Positions 56,451-64,000 of a stretch of 64,000 nt of DNA are shown piece after piece; within the stretch, counting starts at the first letter, position 1; the number at the start of each line of letters is the position of its first letter. Both the position numbers and the translations under genes were made by a program. The notes under the pieces are model-generated. The model searched no databases, was not told where the DNA came from, and saw nothing but the letters and a program-made list of their open reading frames with translations. This DNA comes from an uncultured Clostridia bacterium (GTDB lineage Bacteria; Bacillota; Clostridia; Christensenellales; Borkfalkiaceae). Location: assembly GCA_945949395.1 (NCBI GenBank), contig CAMFEK010000006.1, positions 2,930 to 66,929 on the forward strand. The letters run 5' to 3'.

Positions 56451-56966
56451 ATGAAAAGAAGGGTAAACAGATTCAAAAGGCTGATCGTGCTGCTTTTTTT
56501 AGCGGTCGCAATGGTTTTTGGCGGGTGCGGCGTCGAGCCGCAACCTGTGGCGGCGCACCCTGCGGTGGGCGAGTTGAGCGCCGAAAAGGCAACCGAGATA
56601 CGGCAAGCGTATTACGAAGAAAAATATGTTCACGGCGTTTATACCGGTAAGATAGAGAGAGTAAAAATTTTAGAATACTTCGGAAATTTTCACGGTCTCG
56701 AGCTTTTTCAGATGTGGGATTATAATCTTGACCATGCGGACATCAGCGTTCCGGGGGATCTTGTCGACGCCAACGAAGAAAATATCACAAACGGGTATCT
56801 CATGAGCGTGGGCGTGCGCCTGTATCTTTCCCCCGACGGTTACCCTGACGAGAAAGAGCATATCATCGATATCAGATCGGCTTACAAGCAAGGATATTTC
56901 ACCAAGGAGGACGTCGAAGAGCTCGATCGGAAATACGGCGGGCTGATACCTTTCCGCAATCCCTGA
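56451..56966 (+). CDS. Lipoprotein, paralog B of a tandem pair.
   Basis: The same N-terminal ~75 aa as paralog A, with a different C-terminal half. Both end with the shared motif AYEQGYFTKEDIEEWDKKY (A) / AYKQGYFTKEDVEELDRKY (B). Confidence 0.7.
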   Translation: MKRRVNRFKRLIVLLFLAVAMVFGGCGVEPQPVAAHPAVGELSAEKATEIRQAYYEEKYVHGVYTGKIERVKILEYFGNFHGLELFQMWDYNLDHADISVPGDLVDANEENITNGYLMSVGVRLYLSPDGYPDEKEHIIDIRSAYKQGYFTKEDVEELDRKYGGLIPFRNP

Positions 56967-57029
56967 AAGGATGATAGAACGTAATATCGCCCCCGACGGG
57001 CGTCTTTGGCGCCGTCGGGGGCGGTTCGC

Positions 57030-57476
57030 TTATAAAAATTTTTTCAGTCTTTCCTCGTAGCCCTCTTCCATGGCGATGGCTTGATTGAAAAGTGCCTTCA
57101 CGTCCTTATCGAGCGAGTTTTCGCCGTCGGAGAGCGTTTTTCTAAGCGCCGTCACGCCCATCACGGTGCCCTGTATCATCATCTGCGCGATGTGGGAGCG
57201 GGAATTGTCCTTCATCGTGTTCATCTTGATGGAGCTCCACATCATTGCCTTTTTCACGGGCGAAGGCTCCTTCACTTCCAAATCGTACTTTTTGGAGAGG
57301 AGCGCGGATTCGCCGGAAAGCTTTTCGTAGCCCTCGTGCTGGCGCAAAATCTCTTCCTTGATCTCCTCGTCCTCCACTTCGGGCAGGATATCGGTAATGG
57401 ATTGCAGAGCGAGCTGCGCGTTGCGGTAGACCTCGGCAATCGCCTCGCTGTTGGTTTTAACTTGTAATTCACTCAT
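57030..57476 (-). CDS. Hypothetical helical protein.
   Basis: Start chosen at ATG 57474-57476 (MSELQVKT), which has a GAGGTG RBS 6 nt upstream. Confidence 0.5.
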   Translation of the reverse strand: MSELQVKTNSEAIAEVYRNAQLALQSITDILPEVEDEEIKEEILRQHEGYEKLSGESALLSKKYDLEVKEPSPVKKAMMWSSIKMNTMKDNSRSHIAQMMIQGTVMGVTALRKTLSDGENSLDKDVKALFNQAIAMEEGYEERLKKFL

Positions 57477-57661
57477 AAAAACACCTCTGAAAGGTATTTT
57501 TTGCAAAACTTTTTTCATTATACCCTAAAAACGGCTTGACATTTATTTTACCGTATGATAAATTTATACATGAGCCGATAGAGACGGGCTCTTATAAGTG
57601 CGCTTTTTTTCGGGCGCCGCCTAAGAAATCTTCGAGACTGGAAAGAGGAGGTAAATTCTTT

Positions 57662-57967
57662 ATGTACGCAATCATCGAAAACGGCAACAAGCAGTACAAG
57701 GTAGCGGAAGGCGATATCGTAAAATTCGAAAAGCTCGACGCGGCTGTGGACAGCGCGGTTGAATTCAACGTCGTAATGGTAGCTGCCGACGACGGCGTTA
57801 AAGTCGGCGCAGACGTTGCTAACGCAAAGGTATCCGGAACCGTCGTAAGACAGGACAAGGATAAGAAGATTATCGTTTTCAAGTATAAGGCTAAGAAGAA
57901 CGAGCGTAAAAAGCAGGGTCACAGACAGCCTTTCACCGCAGTAAAGATCGAAAAAATTTCTCTTTAA
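57662..57967 (+). CDS. rplU: 50S ribosomal protein L21.
   Basis: [25 protein letters not shown]..., with an AGGAGG RBS. The track ORF starts upstream in-frame. Confidence 0.95.
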   Translation: MYAIIENGNKQYKVAEGDIVKFEKLDAAVDSAVEFNVVMVAADDGVKVGADVANAKVSGTVVRQDKDKKIIVFKYKAKKNERKKQGHRQPFTAVKIEKISL

Positions 57968-58009
57968 GACGCGGCACACACAAAATTTTCAAATAAAGGA
58001 GATAGTAAA

Positions 58010-58288
58010 ATGATTTTGATCAGTTTATTCGCTCATAAGAAAGGTACGGGTTCTTCGCACAACGGCAGAGACTCTGAGGCAAAGAGACTCGGCGTAAAGC
58101 GTAACGACGGCCAGGCTGTTCTCGCAGGTAACATCCTCGTAAGACAGAGAGGGACCAAGTTCCATCCCGGCAACAACGTCGGTATCGGCAGCGACGACAC
58201 CTTGTTCGCTCTCGTAAACGGCGTGGTGAAGTTCGAAACCGTAGGTAAGAGCAAGAAGCAAGTCAGCGTTTACCCCGTAGCCGAATAA
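58010..58288 (+). CDS. rpmA: 50S ribosomal protein L27, with an N-terminal propeptide-like extension ([12 protein letters not shown]).
   Basis: The mature-like sequence [24 protein letters not shown] is preceded by a 7-aa extension resembling the Firmicutes Prp-cleaved propeptide. Confidence 0.93.
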   Translation: MILISLFAHKKGTGSSHNGRDSEAKRLGVKRNDGQAVLAGNILVRQRGTKFHPGNNVGIGSDDTLFALVNGVVKFETVGKSKKQVSVYPVAE

Positions 58289-58419
58289 TATCAGCGACAA
58301 TGCAAGGCACTTGACGAAAGTCAAGTGCTTTTTTTGCGCCCGAAAGGAAAAAATTTTTTCTCTTTACAAATAAAAACGGTTGTGCTATAATAAATAAAAA
58401 AACAAGGAGAATTTTTATT

Positions 58420-59739
58420 ATGGGTCTTATCCGTGCGTTTACGGGCGCTCTCGGCGGCACGCTCGCCGATCAATGGAAGGAGTTTTTCTATTGCGAGGCG
58501 CTCGAGAACAACGTGCTCATGACGAAGGGCGTCAATCGCATCACCAAGCGTTCCTCCAACAAGAAGGGGAACGACAATATCATCTCAAACGGTTCCGGCG
58601 TCGCCGTCGCCGACGGGCAATGTATGATCATCGTGGAGCAGGGCAAAATCGTGGAATTTTGCTCGGAGCCGGGCGAATATACCTTCAATTCCTCCACCGA
58701 GCCGAGCATCTTCGCCTCGAATCTCGGTCAGGGGCTTGCGGACATCATCAAGACGACCGTGCGCCGTTTCGGTTACGGCGGCGATACGGGCAAGGATCAG
58801 CGGGTGTACTACTTCAACATGAAGGAGCTCGTCGACAATAAGTTCGGCACCGCCACCCCCATTCCCTTCCGCGTGGTCGATTCCCGCATCGGGCTGGATA
58901 TCGACGTTTCTTTGCGCTGTTACGGCGTATTCTCTTACAAGATCGCCAACCCCGTCCTGTTCTATCAGAACGTCTGCGGCAACGTGGCGGAGAACTATAC
59001 GCGCGAACAGCTCGATTCCCAGCTGAAAACGGAATTCGTCTCCGCGCTGCAACCGGCGTTCGGTCGGTTGTCGGAAAAGGAGCTGCGCCCCAACCAGATT
59101 TTGACGCACACGAAAGATTTGGAGGACGCCATGAACGAGGCGCTCTCGCAGAAGTGGAAGGAACTGCGCGGGCTGGAAGTCGTTTCCATCGCGCTCGGCT
59201 CCGTCACGCTACCCCCCGAGGACGCGGAACTCATCAAAAAGGCACAGCAGTCGGCGATCTATCGCGATCCCTCCATGGCGGCGGCTACCCTCGTCACGGC
59301 GCAGGCGGACGCCATGCGCGCCGCGGCGGAGAATAAAAACGGAGCCATGACGGGCTTTATGGGCATGGGCATGGCGATGAACGCGGGCGGCGTCAACGCG
59401 CAGAATCTCTACGCCATGGGCGAAAAGCAGCGTGCGGAAAATCCCGCGCCCGCAAAGAGCGGGCAAGAAGGTTGGAAGTGCCCCGTCTGCGGCACGCAGG
59501 CAAAGGGAAAATTCTGCCCCGAATGCGGCGCGAAAAAGCCCGAGGAAAAGAAGGGTTGGACGTGTTCCTGCGGAACGGTGAACATGGGCAAATTCTGCTG
59601 CGAGTGCGGCGCCAAAAAGCCGAAGGAGGCTCTCTTGTACCGTTGCGACAAGTGCGGCTGGGAACCCGAAGACCCCGCGCACCCGCCCAAGTTCTGCCCC
59701 GAATGCGGCGACCCGTTCGACGATAAGGACGTGAAATAA
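58420..59739 (+). CDS. SPFH/Band-7-like protein with C-terminal zinc ribbons (COG4260-like).
   Basis: 439 aa. The N-terminal ~300 aa have an SPFH-like fold pattern, followed by a Gly/Met/Ala-rich linker. The C-terminus has three CxxC...CPECG zinc-ribbon units (CPVCG...CPECG; CSCG...CCECG; CDKCG...CPECG). Confidence 0.6.
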   Translation: MGLIRAFTGALGGTLADQWKEFFYCEALENNVLMTKGVNRITKRSSNKKGNDNIISNGSGVAVADGQCMIIVEQGKIVEFCSEPGEYTFNSSTEPSIFASNLGQGLADIIKTTVRRFGYGGDTGKDQRVYYFNMKELVDNKFGTATPIPFRVVDSRIGLDIDVSLRCYGVFSYKIANPVLFYQNVCGNVAENYTREQLDSQLKTEFVSALQPAFGRLSEKELRPNQILTHTKDLEDAMNEALSQKWKELRGLEVVSIALGSVTLPPEDAELIKKAQQSAIYRDPSMAAATLVTAQADAMRAAAENKNGAMTGFMGMGMAMNAGGVNAQNLYAMGEKQRAENPAPAKSGQEGWKCPVCGTQAKGKFCPECGAKKPEEKKGWTCSCGTVNMGKFCCECGAKKPKEALLYRCDKCGWEPEDPAHPPKFCPECGDPFDDKDVK

Positions 59740-59780
59740 TTGCAAAAAGGGGTAAGGCTCTCCCCTTTTCAGGAGAAAAA

Positions 59781-61088
59781 ATGGCTAACGAACTATTAGA
59801 ATACAAATGTCCCTGCTGCGGGGGCGCGCTGACCTTTCAGGCGGCTCTGCAAAAGGTCAAATGCCCGTATTGCGACACGGAATTCGAGACGGATAGCTTA
59901 AAGTCGCTCGACGAAGGCTGGGCGGAGGAAAATTCCGCCGAGTGGGCGGCGGGCGGGAGCTCGTGGACGGAAGAGGAAAAGGAATTTTTGTCCGAGTACG
60001 TATGCGAGTCGTGCGGCGGGGAACTCGTCACCGAGGAGACCACGGCGTCCTCCTTCTGCCCCTATTGCGGCAACCCCGTCATCTTGAAGGGGCGGCTTTC
60101 GGGCGGCTTAAAGCCGGATTTCGTCCTTCCCTTCCAAATGGAAAAGAGCAAGGTGAACGACGCGTTCGCCGCCTTCGTCAAGGGCAAGCTCCTTTTGCCC
60201 AAAGCCTTCCGCGAGGAATGTAAGACGGAGGAGATCAAGGGTCTGTACGTTCCCTTCTGGGTGTACGACGCGGAAGTGACGGGCAGGGTACAGTATCACG
60301 CGACCAAGGTCCGCTGCTGGACGGACGGCGAGTATTCCTACACGGAAACGCGGCACTATGCCGTCTATCGGAGCGCGGATCTCTCCTTCGAGCACATCCC
60401 CGCGGACGCATCCAAAAAGATGGCGGACGATCTGATGGAATCCATCGAGCCGTACGACTTTTCCGCGGCGAAACCCTTCCAAAGCGCCTTCCTTTCCGGG
60501 TTTTATTCGGATAAGTACGACGTGGAGCAAAAGGACACCTATCCGCGCGTCAACGAGCGCATGAAACGGGGCGCCGAGGACGCCCTGCGGGATACCGTTC
60601 ACGGTTACAGCACCGTCTTTCCCGAAAAGAGCTCCGTCAATTTGAAGAGCTCCAAGGTCGTCTACACCCTCTATCCCGTGTGGACGATGCAAAAGAGCTG
60701 GAAGGACAAAACGTATTCCTACGCCGTCAACGGTCAGACGGGCAAGGTGGCGGGCGAGCTGCCCTTCAGCGTCGCCAAGCTGCTTCTGTTCTCTCTGCTC
60801 GCCGCCCTTTTGGGCGGGCTGATCGGATTCGGCATCTTCTATTTTATGGAATTCGAGCTGACCGAACTCATCGTCGGCACGGTGATTGTCGCACTCCTTT
60901 TCGGCATCGTGACGGGCGTGTTGCTGAAAAAGCAGATCAAAACGGTCGCCTTTCAGGACAGCGGAAGAAGTTATCTCCGCGGCGACGGCGTCAACCTCTT
61001 GGAGCGTCGGGACGTCTTTTTGTACCGAAACGTCACCCGCCAAAGACTGCAGCCGAAGGAGAATCCGAGCGCACACAGAAGAAAATAA
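59781..61088 (+). CDS. Zinc-ribbon protein with a C-terminal transmembrane segment; probable partner of the upstream SPFH protein.
   Basis: 435 aa. Two N-terminal zinc ribbons (CPCCG...CPYCD; CESCG...CPYCG), a central globular domain, then TM helices (LLLFSLLAALLGGLIGFGIFYF; LIVGTVIVALLFGIV). Confidence 0.55.
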   Translation: MANELLEYKCPCCGGALTFQAALQKVKCPYCDTEFETDSLKSLDEGWAEENSAEWAAGGSSWTEEEKEFLSEYVCESCGGELVTEETTASSFCPYCGNPVILKGRLSGGLKPDFVLPFQMEKSKVNDAFAAFVKGKLLLPKAFREECKTEEIKGLYVPFWVYDAEVTGRVQYHATKVRCWTDGEYSYTETRHYAVYRSADLSFEHIPADASKKMADDLMESIEPYDFSAAKPFQSAFLSGFYSDKYDVEQKDTYPRVNERMKRGAEDALRDTVHGYSTVFPEKSSVNLKSSKVVYTLYPVWTMQKSWKDKTYSYAVNGQTGKVAGELPFSVAKLLLFSLLAALLGGLIGFGIFYFMEFELTELIVGTVIVALLFGIVTGVLLKKQIKTVAFQDSGRSYLRGDGVNLLERRDVFLYRNVTRQRLQPKENPSAHRRK

Positions 61089-61131
61089 TACAAAATGGCT
61101 TGCGGTGTCTGCCGACAAGTCATAATTTTTA

Positions 61132-61159
61132 TTGACATTTTTCGCCTATTTGCTATAAT
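61132..61159 (+). promoter_or_regulatory. Promoter of the GT4 glycosyltransferase gene.
   Basis: TTGACA at 61132-61137, a 16-bp spacer, TATAAT at 61154-61159. Confidence 0.55.
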
Positions 61160-61221
61160 AAAGAAAACGGAGAGCAACGTCACGTTTTTTAGAGGAAACC
61201 AACCGAGAAGAGGAAAGATAT

Positions 61222-62364
61222 ATGAATATTACCATCGTAGCAGACGTTTTGGGAAAGGAGAATAACGGCACCACCGTCACCATCAAGCGGCTCATTTCGC
61301 ATCTGAAGGCGCGCGGACACGCCATAAAAGTCGTCTCCGCCACGCAGTCGGACGAAGAGGGGTACTACACCTTGCCCAAGAGAAATTTTTATATTTTCAA
61401 CGGCTATTTGCAAAAGAACGGCGTCGTCCTCGCCGAGCCGGACGACGATATCCTGCGGCAGGCGATTTCCGGCGCGGACGTCGTGCATATCGTGTTGCCC
61501 TTCCGGACGGGCAAGCACACGGTGAAACTCTGCAAGGAGATGGGCATACCCTTTACCACGGCAACGCATTGTCAGGCGGAAAACGTGACGGCGCACGTCG
61601 GCATGAAGGATTTTAAGCTTGCCAACGATATCGTGTATCGATATATGTACGAGACGTTTTACAAAGATACCCGTTTCGTGCATTGTCCCTCGCAGACGAT
61701 GGCGAATATTTTGCGCGAGCACGGTTATAATATGGATATTCGCGTCATCTCCAACGGCGTGGAAAAGGCGTATTGCAAAAAGGAGGGAGTTGCCCGCCCC
61801 GCGGAATGGAAGGATAAGTTCGTCGTCATGTTCGTGGGCAGGCTCTCCCGCGAAAAGATGCACAAGACGCTGATAAAGGCGGTATCGCTCTCCCGCTATA
61901 AGGAGGACATTCAGCTCGTATTCGCGGGCGACGGACCCTTGAAGAAACGTCTGCAAAAGATGGGCGCCTCCCTGCCCAATCCCCCGCAGATCGGATTCCA
62001 CCCGCAGGCGGAGCTCGTCGAGCTCCTGAACGCCGCCGATCTGTACGTGCACCCCTCCGTCGCGGAGATCGAGGCGATCTCCTGCCTCGAGGCGATCTCC
62101 TGCGGGCTCGTGCCCGTCATTTCGGACAGCAAGGCGTCCGCCACCAATCAGTTCGCGCTCACGGAACATAACCTGTTCAAAAACGGAGACGCGAAATCCC
62201 TCGCGGAAAAGATGGATTTTCTGATCGAGAATCCCGACCTCCTTTCGGAATTGAAGGAAAAGTACGAAAGTTTTTCCAAGGAATACGCCATTGAAAACTG
62301 CATCGACAAAATGGAAAAAATGTTTTCCGACGCGGCGGCATATTATAAAAAGGAAAACGCGTAG
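61222..62364 (+). CDS. Family 4 glycosyltransferase (GT-B; diacylglycerol glycosyltransferase-like).
   Basis: 380 aa with a GT4 C-terminal region (FVGRLSREK...; …LYVHPSVAE…). Confidence 0.8.
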   Translation: MNITIVADVLGKENNGTTVTIKRLISHLKARGHAIKVVSATQSDEEGYYTLPKRNFYIFNGYLQKNGVVLAEPDDDILRQAISGADVVHIVLPFRTGKHTVKLCKEMGIPFTTATHCQAENVTAHVGMKDFKLANDIVYRYMYETFYKDTRFVHCPSQTMANILREHGYNMDIRVISNGVEKAYCKKEGVARPAEWKDKFVVMFVGRLSREKMHKTLIKAVSLSRYKEDIQLVFAGDGPLKKRLQKMGASLPNPPQIGFHPQAELVELLNAADLYVHPSVAEIEAISCLEAISCGLVPVISDSKASATNQFALTEHNLFKNGDAKSLAEKMDFLIENPDLLSELKEKYESFSKEYAIENCIDKMEKMFSDAAAYYKKENA

Positions 62365-62472
62365 GGATTCCCGATATTTTTCGGGCGAGGAATATTCACT
62401 TATTTTTCAAGCAAAGTTAATCAAACTGCAATAAAACGGGAGTATTCTATAAGAAAACATCAAACAAGGAGT

Positions 62473-63873
62473 ATGATCTTTCGTATGAAAAGAAAATGGT
62501 TAGCCGTCGTCTGTATTGCGCTCACGCTCGTCTTTGCGGGCGCCTTTGCCTCCTGCGGCGGGCAATCGGCGTACGACATCGCCGTAAAAAACGGATTTAT
62601 CGGCACCGAGGCGGAATGGCTGGAATCCTTGAAAGGGGATAACGGCTCCTCTTTCGACGTCAAGCAGGTGTATGAGTCCCTCGTAAAAGACGGCACGTTC
62701 AGCGGAACGTACGAGGAATTTTTAAGGGAATACCTGAGCGGCGACGTCACCGTGAACAACAACACGTACGAGGGCTCCTCCGGATTCGATAAGAGTTGTA
62801 TGCTTTCCACGGTCGCCATCTGCGCGACGCTCAAAAAGGATGTCGTCAGCTATAACTACTGGAATATGAGCGTGCAGCACTCCATCGAGGAGTATTATTT
62901 TTACGGCTCGGGCGTCATCTATTCCATCGATAAAGAGGCGGGCGACGCCTATATCATCACCAACTATCACGTCATCTACGACAGCGAGAGCATCGACGGC
63001 GTCAGTCAGGACATCGATCTGTACCTGTACGGCATGGAGAGCCTCACCAGTCCCTATTACGCCAACGACTATTCCATTCCCGCGACCTTCGTCAACGGTT
63101 CTATCACGCAGGATATCGCCGTTCTCAAGGTGACGAACAACGCGCTCCTGCGCTCCTCCAACGCCAAAGCGGTCACGTTCGGCAGCTCCAACCGCCTCAA
63201 CGTGGGCGACTCGGTCTTTGCGGTCGGCAATCCCTCCGCCCGCGGTCTCTCCGTGAGCAGCGGCATCGTCAGCAAGGAATCCGACTATATCACCCTCTCC
63301 GCCATCGACGGCGGATCGGACACCCTCTTTTTGCACGAGATCCGCACGGACGCTCCCGTCAACAGCGGCAACTCGGGCGGCGGGCTCTACAACGGGAAAG
63401 GGGAGCTCGTCGGCATCGTAAACGCCCGCAGCAGCGACAGCGACGTAGAGGGCATGGGCTACGCGATCCCTTCTTCCTTCGTGAAACCCTTCGTGGAGAA
63501 CCTTCTCGACTACTATGAGAGCACGGGCAACACGGGCGCATACCCCGCGCGCTTCGGCATCAATATCAACGTGGTAGAGGCGTCCTCCGTGTACGACGAG
63601 GAGACGGATTCTCTGTATATTATCGAGCGCCCCCGCGTGGTCGGCGTCGTAGAGGGCGGAGCGGCGGACGGCAAGCTCCAAGTCAACGATATCATCTATT
63701 CCATCTCCATCAACGGCGTCAAGACGGCAATCACTCGCCAGTACGAGCTGACGGATATCCTGTATTCCGTAAGAAAGGGCGATACGGTCACCGTCGAGGT
63801 GATGCGCGAGGGCATCTTGCAGAGCGTGGAAATCCCCTTCGATCAGGACGCATATTTTGCCAACGTCGCGTAA
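62473..63873 (+). CDS. Trypsin-like serine protease (S1C/HtrA-like) lipoprotein with a C-terminal PDZ-like domain.
   Basis: Lipoprotein signal MKRKWLAVVCIALTLVFAGAFASCGG; the alternative start at 62485 fits the signal peptide best. His/Asp/Ser triad contexts (ITNYHVI; DIAVLKV; GNSGGGL). Confidence 0.8.
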   Translation: MIFRMKRKWLAVVCIALTLVFAGAFASCGGQSAYDIAVKNGFIGTEAEWLESLKGDNGSSFDVKQVYESLVKDGTFSGTYEEFLREYLSGDVTVNNNTYEGSSGFDKSCMLSTVAICATLKKDVVSYNYWNMSVQHSIEEYYFYGSGVIYSIDKEAGDAYIITNYHVIYDSESIDGVSQDIDLYLYGMESLTSPYYANDYSIPATFVNGSITQDIAVLKVTNNALLRSSNAKAVTFGSSNRLNVGDSVFAVGNPSARGLSVSSGIVSKESDYITLSAIDGGSDTLFLHEIRTDAPVNSGNSGGGLYNGKGELVGIVNARSSDSDVEGMGYAIPSSFVKPFVENLLDYYESTGNTGAYPARFGININVVEASSVYDEETDSLYIIERPRVVGVVEGGAADGKLQVNDIIYSISINGVKTAITRQYELTDILYSVRKGDTVTVEVMREGILQSVEIPFDQDAYFANVA

Positions 63874-63890
63874 AAGAAAAGGCAAAAAAA

Positions 63891-63940
63891 TGCGGAGAGG
63901 CGTTTCCCCAAGGAAAGCGCCTCTCCGTTTTTCCGTTTGA
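63891..63940 (+). terminator. Rho-independent terminator of the protease gene.
   Basis: Hairpin cggagaggcgtttcc-ccaagg-aaagcgcctctccg followed by tttttccgttt. Confidence 0.65.
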
Positions 63941-64000
63941 TCTTTCCCCCTCTCGCCTTATCGCAATGCACAAATTCACCCAAAAAGAAAAACAGGAAAC

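Noticed and set aside
62722-63885. 387-aa ORF on the minus strand.
   Set aside because: It is antisense to the HtrA-like serine protease, which has catalytic-triad motifs on the plus strand.

Overview
This 64 kb window is the origin-proximal region of a high-GC (~57-60%) sporulating Firmicutes/Clostridia-type chromosome. The calls below come from reading the sequence and the translated ORFs only; no database search was run.

Gene content, 5' to 3':
- Positions 1-9651, all minus strand: a DUF4358-like lipoprotein (partial), an anti-sigma/ECF-sigma pair, then a polysaccharide-utilisation operon (two GH43 enzymes, two LplB/LplC-type ABC permeases, a 745-aa solute-binding lipoprotein).
- pckA, tcdA, a Sel1-repeat protein, parB-parA, ftsH, a CvpA-family protein, yyaC, jag, yidC, yidD, rnpA, rpmH, dnaN.
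- A DnaA-box cluster with an AT-rich unwinding element (oriC), followed directly by rsmG on the opposite strand. No dnaA gene is present in the window.
- A DUF1273 SLOG protein, mutY, glnS, fhs, glyQS, a CvpA-fusion repeat membrane protein, a SecB-like protein, upp, a uracil permease and a TudS-like DUF523 protein.
- A repeat-rich non-coding region, a tandem-OB SSB-like gene, a CE4 deacetylase, a low-GC DUF1016 nuclease island bounded by 35-bp palindromic repeats, and queT with a candidate preQ1-I riboswitch.
- An XRE regulator, lrp, an aminotransferase, greA, lysS, the conserved yaaO-tmk-holB-yaaT block, two tandem paralogous lipoproteins, rplU-rpmA, a Band7/SPFH zinc-ribbon protein plus a zinc-ribbon membrane partner, a GT4 glycosyltransferase and an HtrA-like protease.

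Most notable observations:
- oriC without an adjacent dnaA.
- Three parS sites upstream of ftsH.
- The uracil-salvage cluster containing a TudS-like Fe-S protein.
- Several structured repeat arrays (38.7-39.3 kb, 49.1-49.4 kb).
- The flanked low-GC nuclease island.
- The SPFH/zinc-ribbon gene pair.
- Tandem lipoprotein paralogs with diverged C-termini behind GGGACA/TGTCCC palindromic operators.
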